Assembly: GCA_051294905.1 (NCBI GenBank)
Contig: CM119379.1
Coordinates: 6,386,001 to 6,450,000 of the forward strand
Reading direction: 5' to 3'
Length of the DNA: 64,000 bases
Source of the DNA: Botryllus schlosseri
Taxonomy: Eukaryota
In this document: positions 1-13,900 of the stretch, piece by piece
Layout of the letters: each line of letters begins with the position of its first letter
How positions within the stretch are numbered: position 1 is the stretch's first letter
Position numbers and translations under genes: made by a program
The notes under the pieces: generated by a model
Seen by the model: the letters and a program-made list of their open reading frames with translations, nothing else
Told to the model about the DNA's origin: nothing
Databases searched by the model: none

Positions 1-412
1 TCAAAGTCATACCCGCCAAGTGGCTGCTACGCCACTGGGCCTACTACGAGTAATACCCAACGTAGATGATGCTTGTCTGATTGTTTATGATGTGGTTGCT
101 ATGGGTTCGCGCCATGAGCCTTTCCCAGGAGGGTCATGGAACAATTTCAAATTTCAATTTCAAACACTTTCAAAAATATATCATCTCCAATTGTACTGCA
201 CTATAACAAAAATATCAACAGTGTGTTAAAAGAACAAAACAATTATTATATAATTTACACACAAACCGAAAAAATATGTAATGAATATTTATTAAAAATC
301 AGTGTGCTGGCTTCTACTGTTGCCTTCAGATGCCAGTTTAAAAATGCGAGACTTCACTTGGAAATTCATTAGGAATGATTTCGTTTGTTTATCTATCGTC
401 CTTCCCTCTCAG

Positions 413-1730
413 ATGCTGCTTTCCATGATTATCTCCACAGTGAACGCATTAGGTACGTTCGCTTTAGCAGGACTTCAGGCGTTTGTGATCACATTCTGGA
501 ACAGGGTAGCTTATGATGCGTTTAGAAACGTATCTCAGGCGCTTACTTCGCTGTGTTTCATTTCAGAACACCGACCACCCGATAACGAATTATACGTTGG
601 CGGCTTTGATTATCGGGACATTAGCGTCGTCTGCTTCGTTTTTGATGGGAGTTACGACGATTTGCATTACATGTACCGAAGTGGGTGCTTATGGAATCAC
701 AAAAACTAAAGTGCAACCTTTGGAAACTGTATCTGAGGTAAACTAGTTCTTCCGGTTTCATAGCAAACATATTTAGGATGGGGACGAGGTTACAAAATAA
801 TGTAAACAGTTGTAGATAATGTGACTTGCGTGCGAGTTTTAGCATCATAAAATGTTTTGAGAGCACTTCGTGCAATCTTATTTTGGGAATGAAGTCTCTT
901 TTTGTTCCAGTGATGGGTGTGCCACTAAAGGCCTGCCATTTTGTGAAACCATAGGGCAGATTGTGCAGTATTATGTCGCGATGCAGCAACTTACAGAAAC
1001 GCGGCACAAGTGTGCACTGAGCAGTGGTGGGGCCGTGGCCTTGTCAAATATGAATGAACCATACTTATTTACTCATTCACTAAAATCACCGTTTGTAACT
1101 TGGCAGGAGACTAGTTAACGGAGGGAAGAAATATATTTGGACATCCAAACATGTAGGGGTGACACCGGCCTTGAAGACTTCAGTCATATCGGATCTCCCT
1201 AATACCATATAATGTCAGTTTGCCAGCTATAAGTTATCTCATTTCATGACTTGTATGGTTATTAATATCGCCTTCTGTATTTCATGGCTGACAAAATAAA
1301 CAAACCTTCTCTCTCACTCACTATTTTAATTCGTACGCCGGAGCATCAATAGATTATATATATTTTGAAGAAATATTTCTGATGACAGTCTTTACGACCG
1401 CATTGATACGCTGAATTCTGCTCCCTAATCCTGTTTTGTTCCAGAAACCTAAGATAAAAACAACAGCTACAAAGTCAAAGGCCAAAGAGACTAAAGAAAA
1501 CTTCGCGACAGATGCAGTAAAAAGAGAAGACCCAAAACCACCGACGCCTTTGCCATTACACGGTGACGACGACCGAATGTGATTTAATTTAAACATTATT
1601 CCAATTCTACCGATGTCTTACAGCCGAGCGTCCAAAAACTTCAAAAAATGCTGCAGACCAATGGCCTTGGGATGAAATACCTTTGTCTACTACCAAGCAA
1701 AGTCAGCCAATTTATGCAGAAGATACATGA
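413..1730 (+). CDS. 3' part of a multi-exon membrane protein, MS4A/CD20-like (5' end unresolved, probably outside the window)
   Basis: Phase-compatible GT-AG exons 413-505, 567-737, 1445-1562 and 1624-1730; two of the introns are 61 nt. Translation: MLLSMIISTVNALGTFALAGLQAFVITFWNR-NTDHPITNYTLAALIIGTLASSASFLMGVTTICITC...-KPKIK...PLH-AERPK...QPIYAEDT*. Two hydrophobic helices, a short loop with an NYT sequon and a polar tail. The family name is inferred from topology only. Confidence 0.6.
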
Positions 1731-2722
1731 TTGCAAAACCAATAGCCTACTCACCACCATGCAGTATTTGGATTTCATCGTATAATTTGATCTCTACAAC
1801 GTTGTCGTGTTAGCTTGTCAACTCAACGGAGCGCGGCATGGCAAATAAGAATGCAGATACGGATCATCATCATCACCATCATCATTATTTTTACATGATT
1901 ATTTCGATTCGAGATACATTGAAAATAAAGAAAGAAGTCCGTGCGACTTGGTGAAGTCATTCGATAATATTCCCAATCTTCGAAATACTATATCATCCAC
2001 GGCATTTTTCGTAATAGTCATTAGGCGCTACTACATCCGGTTTCCTAGGCTGCATCGGATACCTAACAAACTGATACGATGGTACCTTATAAAGTGGGCA
2101 TATGAGTTTCGTACCGCTCGCGACAGGGATTAAGCTACACCTAAACGGTTATTCGTGGGGATCAAACATTCAGTCGGTTTTGGTTTGTCAAATATCGCAT
2201 GGGCTATCGTTTAAATGTCCTCCTAATATCACAAGCCGGTACCATAAAGATGATTACCACAGTATTTTGAAAATCATTTAGCTGCAGTTCAAATACAGTC
2301 GCTTTCTAAGAGAAATGGCTGATGTCAAAACGCTTATCACGCCTTTGCGACCATACTATATATCAGGTGTAGGCAAAATGCGGCTCTTTGAGCCTTTGAT
2401 TGCGGCCATTGTTTCGTCATTTTGCTAGAGAAGTGTACTGATTTAAACTGATGCATTCTATCCGGTATTAACAATATGCTTGTTGGAAAAGTTAGGGGAG
2501 GTGCACTACAGTGTTAGAACTTTGCAAGAGAACTCTCGACTCGAGTTCACTCAAACGTTTAACGCACAAGAATGATGCATATGATCATTTGGTCAACAAT
2601 GAGCTTGATATAATTAATCACGGCAGCGCAGGTCACGATTATTTCCGGGCTTGCAATGGTAGATACGGCCCTTCCATTTGTATTGTAAACGCTAGCAATT
2701 ACTGGAGAGTTTAACCAAGAAA

Positions 2723-2990
2723 ATGTCGTTGAGTGGTAATTGCAAGAAAAGAAAGCATTAACAGGAAAATGTAACTTTTCAAACAGAATGGGAGGAAGAC
2801 TTTGCATTCGGTGATAATGAAGGTAACCCACTGTGCTTAATCTGCCAAGATCCTCTCAATAATTACAAAGCTAGGATCTTAAAAACGTATTTACGAAACC
2901 AAACACAAACACCAGAAATTTGCCACGAGTTACCCAACGAAGACAGATTTACGAAGTAATAAGATTACCGAGATAAGATCACCGCACAAC
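2723..2990 (+). pseudogene. Degraded N-terminus of a hAT (Buster/SPIN/Charlie-type) transposase with BED-type zinc finger
   Basis: Reads MSLSGNCKKRKH*QENVTFQTEWEEDFAFGDNEGNPLCLICQDPLNNYKARILK, then a frameshift, then RIYETKH..KFATSYPTKTDLRSNKITEI. This matches the F..EWE.+F...CLIC...LKRHYETKH pattern of these transposases. Confidence 0.75.
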
Positions 2991-3103
2991 AATAAACTTC
3001 ATTCGATAGCCTAATTTTTCATTGTGACGTAATTAATTCGTATTTTTGAATGTTTGTGTTGTGGTTCGATTTAAACTAGGATTTTCGATATGTGGCTAGC
3101 GCA

Positions 3104-3470
3104 TAGGGTTACCATACGTCCACCTTTTTCTGGTTTTTGAAAATGTCCTCCTAGGACGCCTAACTGAGGAATTTTGGTCAAATTCATGGCAAAATTTGAC
3201 TGAGATTCCGTAAATCAGCACCGAGGGGACGCGCCGACGGGTATTTCGGGAGCTGAGTGAAAAGTTGATCTTTTTTCAGTCAACTACTCGACAAGCTGAA
3301 GTGAAAAAGTGTATTTTGGGCACCAAGTCGGAATGCTGACCTTTTTTGCAGTCAACCGACTACGAAGTGGAAAAAGTTTACCATTTTTTCAGTATTGTCC
3401 ATCGGTATTCTTAGTTTGAAATTTTTGAAAAAATGTCTTCCTTTCCCGTTTCCAAAATATGTTAACCCTA
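3104..3470. mobile_element. hAT MITE
   Basis: TIRs TAGGGTTACCATA / TATGTTAACCCTA (1 mismatch). Perfect 8-bp TSD CTAGCGCA at 3096-3103 and 3471-3478. Confidence 0.85.
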
Positions 3471-3984
3471 CTAGCGCATGAAGCAGGTCTTCTCACCCCT
3501 GCCATAGAGCGCATTTTCCCTTCAAGTTTCGAGGCTGGGAATTCCGAACAAGTCAATATCTTGTTCAGTTTTGACGCGCCTCAGCGGAGTCGTTGCCATT
3601 TTGTCAACCGAGTCGAGTGGGCTCCTGAGGATCACTGTGCTTAGGTCGTATTGAATGTCACCTTTGAGATGAATCATTTGAAATAGAACAAACCTCCTTA
3701 TTGTCCGACATCCGTACTTCGTTAGGACGAACCACAAAAATAGATACGAAGTAATACTTTCAAGTCAATTTTTATTGATATTCTACGAAAGTCGGTAAGG
3801 ATTGCAATTGATTGGATAATTGTACAATGCTGGACAACGGGATTTTTTCAACTTTCTTTCAGCCTTGTTGCTGTTGCTATTGTTTGTGGTACTAAGGGTG
3901 TTTGTCGACTACTATGGTCATTTGCCCCAGGCTGATATTCCTTATTTTTTATTCCGTAACTAACGACCCACTTCTATAAGGCTT

Positions 3985-4140
3985 TTGCAAGACGCCGCTT
4001 ACGCGGATGAGATGGCGAGGGGGAGCCTAGATAAACTTCCAACACTTAGGTGGGAATTCTGGAGTCGACCTCGATCGGACTCGACCCACAGCCCGTTGGC
4101 GTTGTAGCTGTGGATTGTACCACTACGCTATCTCGACACT
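3985..4140 (-). mobile_element. tRNA-derived SINE-like repeat
   Basis: Reverse strand begins GTCGAGATAGCGTAGTGGT (A box) with a B-box-like GGGTCGAGTCC. The head resembles the SINE at 22055 but the body differs. Ends are approximate. Confidence 0.5.
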
Positions 4141-4755
4141 TATTTTGTCGCTGTAAATTACATTCTTTCCTACTAGTGAGTAGTGCGGTGCGTTTAGTGT
4201 GCAGAATTGTGTAATTAATACTGAATATGCTGATTGCCTTACGTAACGTCTGTTCATAGCATAATAATGTCTATGACATCGCATTGTTCGCCGTATATTG
4301 TATATAGGCCTACACCTACAATATACACATTCATTATCTTCCCCAAATATGTCAAATATTGGAATGCCTCGAATACTGGGAATGACCGATTTCTATACTG
4401 ATTAGATTTCACAATATGTATAATCTATGTTAAACTTGTGTCCTCTGTCCCCCTTTCACCTATGAGAAAGGGCTTAATTCTCAGAAGAACATCAAAGAAC
4501 ATTGCCGAGTGGGTTGCGCTCACAAATAAACCTCGTTAGCATCTGACAATCGCTGTGAAAGAATCTTGACGCAGTCTCTTGTTCAGCCCGGCAACGCACA
4601 AACAATCTCACATGTGTTCCATATTACGATGTGAAAATTGATTCGTTTCCATAAGGGCTTCGGTTTTAGAGATTCGTGTCATCTTCGGCGCTGACTGAAA
4701 TTAGCGCTATCGCGTTCCCGGATTCGATTGTCAATATCTTGTAATGAGGTTTACG

Positions 4756-4764
4756 GGGGCGGAG
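4756..4764 (+). promoter_or_regulatory. GC box upstream of the VWA-BRCT gene
   Basis: GGGGCGGAG in a CpG-containing stretch about 180 nt before the ATG at 4938. Function is inferred. Confidence 0.3.
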
Positions 4765-4937
4765 CCGGGGTAATTTATATCTGCGTCAAAACAAATACCC
4801 TGGTATTGATCACTATTCCGTCCCAATAAACAACGGGTAACAGTCGTATAAAAGTACTGGAAATGAGGAATTACCAAGTAGTATACACTCAAAGGACGGG
4901 CCTACCCATATAGTAGCCAGTATAGCTTTTGTCAACT

Positions 4938-7900
4938 ATGTCGCGTCGCGAAGTTGCTAAAACAAAAACGACAGGGTCTAAAAGACATGAGAATTTACTG
5001 CACACCAAGTATTTCTGCCAAGTCATAAATGGAAAGGTAAGTAATAATATTTCATGCAGTTTTTCGTGACTAAAGTATGCTCATCAACATACACCTGAAC
5101 AGTGTACACTATGGCAGTACTTCCTAAACTGATGGCCAGGTAACAGATTTGGCGGTCGCAGAGTGTAGACAAATACCGCAAGCAATACGCCACAATTGAA
5201 CTATTGAACATTGAATTTAGATACATCACATATAGCGAAAATGTGAAAATAATATATAATGCATATGCGTGCTGGTCTCGGATCGTGTTTTCTGGAAAAT
5301 GATTATTGTCATATGGCTCGTGGCAACAAACCTTTTAACTGTAGAGTAGTTTTCATTTCGCGCTGCTTATCGTATTTTCCGTGAGGGGTTGCATAAAATT
5401 TCAAAAGAATAAAGTGGGTCGCAAGCAAAAACATAAGGGAACTATTGCCGCCAACCCCAAAACTCATACTAGAAAATATAACTACTCGCGTCTTCACATC
5501 TTCGAATTCCTGAGTCTATATAAAATGTTACAAAATATTAACCTTGGCAACCTACTTCGCTGAAAAGTGTCAACAGATGAGTCGGGATAATCCTCACAGA
5601 AGTCTTATCTTACATAATGCGTCACAATTTACAGACAGTTAGGATTCTCTATAGGACAAGCTAACTTTATGATCCCCACCATTAATATGTGATATCTGTG
5701 CATTCAAAGGTGGATCTGTTGGGTGATCCTACCATGTTGACTGTGATGGAACTTGGAGTTCCGGAAATGTTATCGCGGTCTGAGGCATCGTTCCGGTACG
5801 TTCTGGTAATCGATGTTAGCTCGAGCATGGCTGTGGAAGCGGACGACAGAGCTGGCTCTCTTCTAGACAGAGTAAAGGTGAATTTTAGAGACGATGCTTT
5901 GCTATCGAGTCACTCAGAGAGGTGGTTGTGTGCCCCTAAACTAGACAACGCATTATATTGTATAAGAAATTGAACATTGCTAAACATACGAGTGTATTCA
6001 AGTATTTCGTTTGATTCGCAGGTGTTCATTGAACTTGTCATACAAAATGTTTCTCGACACGATTCCCTAGCTATCGTCAGCTTCTCAGATGACGCGGAAA
6101 TTGAATTTCCTATGACAAAAATGAACGAAACAGCAAAAGTAAGTGTTGAACCAGCTTTCGAAGTCGCACACATCCACTTTAACGCAGTTGATAACCTTGA
6201 TATCTACATGAATTCACAATAGAGCCCTATGGTGCTCACTGCTCAGAAATTCTGAAAAGGAAGAATATCAGTGACTTTGACATGACCAGATGAAATGCGC
6301 CATTTTCTTTATATTTATCAGCAAAACGCTCGATCGATTGTGAAGTATCTCGCTACAAAACAGAACACCAACCTCGAGAGTGGATTGATGACTGCCGTAG
6401 AAGTTTTAGCGAAGTGAGTAATACGTGAGTCATGTAAGGTAGGGCTGTTGAAAAAACACTTCCAAATACCTTAACAAACCTGATCAAGTCGAAGCAGAAG
6501 GCTTATATAGCTACAGACCACTTACAATTGGAAACTGTTGACCGTATTATACCCAACCCAAACAAATAAATATTACGATATGCGATTACCAACACTATTG
6601 ATAAAATTAAAAAATGAATTTGATATTTTTCGCGTTTGGCGAAACTATAGACAACAAATAGTAACAAGCGTAACATATCAATAAAAGTCGAGCATTCGAG
6701 TATAGTGGTTGAAACGCTCAGTGTAAAAGGGGATTCGGGGTGCCTCCAGACATTTGGTTTATCCCCCTAGTGCAGGCCGCGACCAAAGCTTTGGGGGGGG
6801 GGCTGACGAAGTTCTGTATAATATGCTCATAGCTCACAGTAATTATTTTTTAGCAATCCATGCGAGGACTCTCTTGACTGCATCGTCCTATTCACGGATG
6901 GTGAAACTAACACCGGACAAGAGGACGCTGAAGAATTGGTGACAAAATTCAAAGCGGCCCAGGATAATCTCAATAAGAAGCATTCTGTACCGCTATCAGC
7001 ACTGACAATAGGGCAATATATGCCTGTGCTATTGACACAGGTATAACTATTATGCGACCTATCTTATTGACAGAATATCTGACAAACCGATATTAGCTGA
7101 GTTGTTGAGTTGAAAATTAGTTCTTTACCGATTTAGCTCTCCGAATCTCTCGGAAGCGACGCATTTTACTGGCTTAGTGAAGAAGAAGACTTCGAAACTG
7201 ACATGCTTCTACCTATTCTCTTGCGGTAACCCTAATAGTTTTTGATACTACTTTTATATTCATTACCTGATTACCACTAGTCTTATCTTGGATTATACTC
7301 GTATTTGCAAAATAGTTATAAACGGATTATGGTATATAGGATCCTTAGAAGTTTATACGGAATCATTTGGAAATATATGTGATATAAATTCACAGTGAAA
7401 CGACAAGAGTGACGGACGTTAGTATTGAGCTAACGTGCCTATCAAATTTTACCTTCGATGTGGATTCCCTGCTAATGACACACTTACAAGTAAGTATAAT
7501 ATATATGTATATCATAAATCGGCGTAACTATTAGCATTATGCAACGTAATGAAACTTACAATCATCCGCATACGATTGTATAGTCGTGGAGGTTGGAGCC
7601 GTTTGGTAAATCGCCTATTTTTTGTGGATATCACCGGTTTTCCATTATAGCGTATTCTGCTTACCGGGATTCTGGTATATTAGCCGTTATTATTTATTAC
7701 ATATATCATGGACCAAAAATATGGAATGACATTCCTTCAGCCATGAAGGAAATGTCTTTTTCGGCCTCTTGTCGCGAATTTAAATCTCATTTACTCTTGA
7801 CATATTGAAGTTAGTTAGATTTGCATTGTAATTGCCGTATATTGGATTCGATAATCTTACGTTGCCAAATTGTTTTTTTTTTTCGATAATTTGAACTGAC

Positions 7901-10900
7901 AACTCTGTACATTTATCCATCTTCTATTTATTTTTTGTTTTCATTGCTTTTCATTCTTTCGTTTACTTCGTTATTATTGTTGCCTGTTACTCTGTTGTTG
8001 TTCCAACTTACCACTGTTCTACCTGTTTTTAATTTATTGCTGACGCGAGACTATATTAAAATACGATATTTTACTCCAACGATGCAGCTGACTAGATGGT
8101 CCCTAAGGACCGTATCGCTGCTACATGTATTTTATTTTGAACGCAATTTTTTGCTCAATAAAAACTATCTCTATCTCTCTTACATTATGCTATTCAAGCG
8201 CTAAATCTCCTCTGTGCATTGCTGTGATATTCTTCCTATTGGTATAGTTGCACCATAATGACGGTATTCGCCTCGTATTTGCGACCGCAAATAGCTCCTA
8301 ACATGACATTACCGGCGTTAACTTCGTTCCAGAAATCATCTTTAACGACGATAGAGTACTTCATGCATTCTATACCTGGCGGCGTCAAGAAACATTTTCC
8401 GCTCACAATCATACCTCCCGAAGGAGACCTGGAGGTGATACACATATTTGCCACGCAATAACGTTCTGAAGGATTAATGGAGTCTTGCGATTTAGAGCTT
8501 TCAAGGAAAACCGGTCGTGGAAGTGAAAATATCATACAGTCCAATTAAAAAATCAAGACGAGAAATCATGGAAGACATCATATTTTCCAACGAGAGCATC
8601 AAATCGTGCAGAACAAAATTGAATAAAGGTATAGCTGAAATTGTAAACAAGATTAGTTAAATTGTCGCAGGTCCCAGCTATATAGTAGAAAGTATTTCGG
8701 CTCTAGCTATATATTCCATTCTTTGCGTTTCTGTCTACTGACTTGCGAAAGCTATACTGAGACTTTTAAACAAAATTCATTTAAGCTATCATATTGGGAT
8801 TATAAATAGAGTATATAGCAAATAGTAAAGTCACATTTCTTTTAGAGGACATCCGAGCAATCACAATCAATATAGTGACCTTTAACAGGACTTCGCTAAT
8901 TTCGCTTCAACCACGTGTTATTATCTGGTATCTAAAAGGTATCGCTTAATGGAGTTTCCAATATTACATTCAAGTTTCCAATTAAATTTCGGGTGAATTC
9001 TAGTTTTTAAAGGGTCAGGTGCAGTATTTTTCTCGTACCCAGTGTCTATAATGACCGACGGAAGGAAGTGAAATGGTAGTAATAGGAATTCTACTCATAC
9101 GTGCTGTATGCGTACAATAAAACAGTCTACGTAGTTCAACATCATTTACAGCACACGAACAGCCGGTCAGTCAATTTTCTAATGACTTTTTGTTTTTCGT
9201 AAATGATCATTGATCATGTTGCAACGAGGTCTGAACTATGGCATTATCGTATAAAACCGACCCGTTCTTGACTCCTAACTATTATTTAGTGGAAATGGGC
9301 TTATAATTTTAGTATTCAAAGAAATCGATTATCATCACTCTTGTATAGTCATTACAATTAATACTCAATTCGGATGCTAGCACTCGAATCTGTGACCAGT
9401 CATAACAAAGCTACCTGTTACTAATATGTTCTTCATAAATCCCACTAAACAGAGTATAATTGTACACTGTGACCCGTATACGTATATATCCTCTGCTGTG
9501 ATATTTCGTACCGCTGATCAATGTTCCCTCTAATTTTTGACTAGTCTTCGGGCACTCACCAACTTGCTGCACAGATCCTTGGACAACAGTGCGTAACGAC
9601 TAAAATTTTTCACCTTGTCCTCTCCTCAGCTGGTGACCTGTGGTGTACCCCAAGGCTCAGTACTTGGACCGGACCTCTTCACACCTTATATGTCAACGAC
9701 ATTTTTGAAACCTCCTCATTGAACACCACACTGTTCGCTGATGACTCACCTCCTTTCTTCCGCATCTTCGACGGCAGAGCTGGATGCCCTGACTAGTGAC
9801 CAAATGCCTAAAGTCCATGAGTGGACGGCCCAGAACAACCTTTGCATAAACGCTTCGAAATCACAATTGCTGACAGTCCGTCAGCCCATTTCCAACACAG
9901 ATAATGCCAAATATCTCGGGGTTTTAATTGACTCGAACATGTCCTGGAAGAGTCATATTCAGTCCCTAGACACTAAATTATCACCGAAGTGCTGCCTGTT
10001 CTACAGCCTTAGGCGCTTCATGCCATCATGGGTTCTTCTGATACTCTTAATCTTAATCCAATCGAAGTTCCATTATGGCATCCTTTGTTGGGGGGCTGCC
10101 ACTAAAACTGCACTCAAGCCACTGCAAAAACTACAGCATAAAGTACTCCGAATCATAGCTAGAGCCTGGTTGCCTGGTTGCCCATCCAACAAGTCGCTGC
10201 TGAAGAAATTCGGCGTCCTAAACATAGAAGATATGCGGAAACTAGAAATCGCCAAGTTTATGTATCAGTTCCACTGCGGTCGTTGCCCCGAATATTTCAA
10301 TGACTTCTTTACCTCGGAATCAAAAGCGCAAAAGTACAACACACGCGCGTCCACGTCGTCCAAATTTCATATGATCGACCGAAAAGATCATCGCTCTATC
10401 AAATATGCCCGACCTGATGTGTGGAACAGTATCCCGCCTGCCATCAGACAGTCGACGAGCATGTCCACATTCAAGTCGAAATACAAGCAATTACCATTAA
10501 ATAAATACAGTCCATCCTCAAGATTACCGGACCACGACTGACCTATCGATCTCGCTTCCCATGACATGCCGCCCTATTCTTGTCGCTTTCTTTTTCTATA
10601 CTGTCTTCTTTACTTTCATTCAGTGTGCATGCCTCCTATTTACATCGCCTAGGCCAAGGTGGGTGTCTGATTCCATAGACAAATCCAAGTCACTTCGATA
10701 TCTTCCTGTCTATTCATTGTATCGCATTTTTGTGGTGTATTGAACTGATAAAATTGCTAATAAACCAATGATGATGATGATGATTTTTGTGCGCAACTTA
10801 GAAATTCTGTGCGCAAAGACCGTGTCAGCACTGCGCATTTGCGCACGTGCGCAGCTTAGAGGGAACATTGCCCCAGGTTATGATATCCATCTCTTCTTCT

Positions 10901-13900
10901 TTGTTGTTTTTTCGGCTTCTGGTGGGGGCGTCGTTGTCTATGAGCCTCCCTGCTTTCAAATGCAGCGAAACTAATACATATATGGACTTATTGCATTGTA
11001 CATACCTTGTTCTTAGCGATCCGGAAATATTCGTGTTTATTTAAATATGAAAATATCATTCAATTTTAGATTGCGGCTATGTACTTCAAAGCGTCTCGCT
11101 ATTTTTATATTTTATTATATATTGTGCGCTAAAGGAGGTGCACGCTTGACTAATACATTTCTGCACCATCCTATCCCAATCATGTGTTCCTCCGAAGTCC
11201 ACATCACCCACATATTTGGTTGCTTGCTTATTGCGAATATGTATGCTTCCAGAAAAGGGCGTTCTGTACTCAGACTCATCTGAAGGCGTATCGGCATACA
11301 TTGTTGAAAACAACCATCTCGATCTGTCATGGAATGCCGCTCAGACAGCTCTAGCAAAAGTCGTGAGGGAAGATTGCAGAATGCTCACTTTGCGAGAGCT
11401 TGACAACGCACTCTATCTTCTACTGTAAGTATCGGTGTGCCAGTTGTCAGTATTTATGGTCAAATCATTCGATGGCAAGAGCATTAGTGAAAACCACTGA
11501 ACGGCATATTACAACTACGCCGACATAATCTGGCGTAGCATAGGTCACTGCATTCGCGATACGTGCGCCACAATAGAATATAATCATCAGGATTGTTCGA
11601 AATTACCTCTTTTTTTCAAATCGGCTGCTAGCTATAATATTAGCTAAAAATTTTGGAGAACAAATTTGACCCAATTCCAACGAGTAAAAGTGAAGCTATT
11701 GGATTTGAAAAAATTCGATGTGGGTAATCCTAGAATTATATTAACGGAAAACTCGAATAACTTGAATAACATATTTATTTTGAATAGGTTTTATAGACAA
11801 CTTGACAATTTCATGGGTTAGCCAGTAAACATTTTCCAACAATTTTCCAACTCTAATAGCTTCACTGTTATACTCGTTGAAATTGAGCCAACTCTAGAGT
11901 GCGACGTTTATTTAGTCAACCAAACAATTTCAGCTAAGAGCCGCAACAATTTGAAAAACCCTATGAATCATAAATATGAATATACTTAGAATTTACGAAA
12001 TAAGCAATCCGTTCTGCTGTCTGCGATAATTTCAATGCTTCCATATGAGACACATTCTTGAAGAGGTGCACACTGCACATATTCCATATGGGCGATCGTT
12101 AATGTTTTCGGGGTGTATCAGTAAGCCTAAATATACTTAACAAAGTAAATATACTAACGGCTTGTTTTGCAATCGTCACAGCGAAGGTCCCAACAGCGTG
12201 GAGCTCGATTCTTTCGAAGAAGCATTGGAAGGCGTCGAAGATATCAAAACAACCTATCGTGGTATATTCGGACATCGGAATAAATGCACGACAATGATTG
12301 ATGAATGTGCGAATGAATGGAAGGACATTTTGAGCTTTGGGAAAACAATTGCAAAGTAACAAATACCACAGTCAATTGCTCTAGTCGCGGCGATAATAAT
12401 AGTCTATTTGTCCTTTTTTTTTGTTTCAGTCCTTACAACTACGGAAGAATAGCCTCTCTTCATTCGTCTTTGGCGGCTGAAATGCCCGTTCCGAAGGGAG
12501 TTCACAAGGAGTCCCATCACCAGCATTTCATGCCGAAACAAATTTGGAAACGGCTGAAGAAATTTGAAACTGTAAACTATGAATGCACTGTCAAGTATCC
12601 TCGCAATGATAATGTAGCTTTATCGTTCTTTTTCCTAGATCATGAAAAAGCGAGCTAAGAGGCAAAAGGAAAACTCGCAGACGAAGTAAGAATACGGTTT
12701 CACTTAGGGTTGCATTTAAAACAAAAATCAATTTAAAACAAACATGTTTTCTATTGTTTGTTTTTGTCTCAATCCATGACGTCACAAATATTCAATTGTG
12801 ACGTCAGAGTGGATTGCCATTGACAATTGAAAATATAGGGTAAATATAGCTCCTTTGACGAATTAGGCTTCCGTTCGAACCCCTTACATACGGACCTAAA
12901 TTTTCTTAACCAGGAAGGACTAAATCGTCATGCAGCATTTTTACGGTCGGCGATAATCATTATCAGAACATTACTTCCGTACCAATGATCTATAATTCTA
13001 TATCTACGTAGCCTACTAAAGCTATTGAACCGACTATTTCGAGGGCTCCAACCATCGCATATCGTGTAGGTGGCTATATGTCGGGTGGTAATCGTCCGTA
13101 GGCTTACACAACATGTTTTTTGGAAAGAGTTTACACAATTACGGCATAATTATACAACTTGAAAAAAAACTCAATTTTGGTTTATTTTTAAAGGCATTTG
13201 TTTAAAACACTGTTTAAAACATGTTTTAAACAACGTGTTCCAAACAGCCATTTGTTTTGAATGCAGTCCTACGATAGATGTATGACTGTGACATCTTAAC
13301 AATAGATGCTTAATTTCTAGAGCAGTTTTGCTGGCATAGAAGACACATTATCTCCTAGTTGAGTTCTTCTCAGTTGACAAAACCGCATCTCCATGTCAGT
13401 ATATTAGCTTATCTAATTCTAAGGGTATCACTGTGCAAATGCATACCGCACTTATGATATACACGGCGTTGGCACCATGCAATATCGGATTCTGATGGTT
13501 CTAGCTGCCCCGTATAGTCTACTTACCACATATACCACGCATTTCATTATGGTATATTAATGACAAAAAATAGGAGATTTTTCGGTTACATCGGTTTATA
13601 TTCACGTCTTCTTCAGTGTTTTCGGCTGCAAAACCATTCTGCTTTCGGAATCTCTTCGAACGAAAGTCTACGGCAACAAAAAGGAATCGATGGCTGACCT
13701 GATAGCCAGACACGGTGGACGACCCGGTAAATAGTGCCTTTTATCGTACATATACAGCGTTTCAAATCGTTATTATAAAGGAACTTTGTTTGACAGAATA
13801 CTACGTGATTGTAAGCCCATATAAGCATCATCCGGAATGGTATACCGAAAAAAGTTTTCGCAACACACTGCTCGTCAGCTCGTGGAATGACCACGAAACC

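Noticed and set aside
303-412. Possible extra exon 303-360 (VLASTVAFRCQFKNARLHL) followed by a non-canonical GA-AG intron
   Set aside because: It is phase-compatible and plausible, but has no GT donor. A canonical phase-0 donor at position 50 could join to 413 instead, and the sequence alone cannot decide.
302-709. 135-aa ORF in the track
   Set aside because: It is a read-through of one real exon plus intron and out-of-frame sequence. The spliced model explains it better.
8846-8915. Possible additional phase-1 exon of the VWA gene (EDIRAITINIV...)
   Set aside because: The donor is weak and the model is complete and in frame without it.
12777-12806. Paired TGACGTCA (CRE) palindromes, with another pair near 56150-56208
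   Set aside because: Motif presence alone does not show function, and such sites often sit in TE ends.
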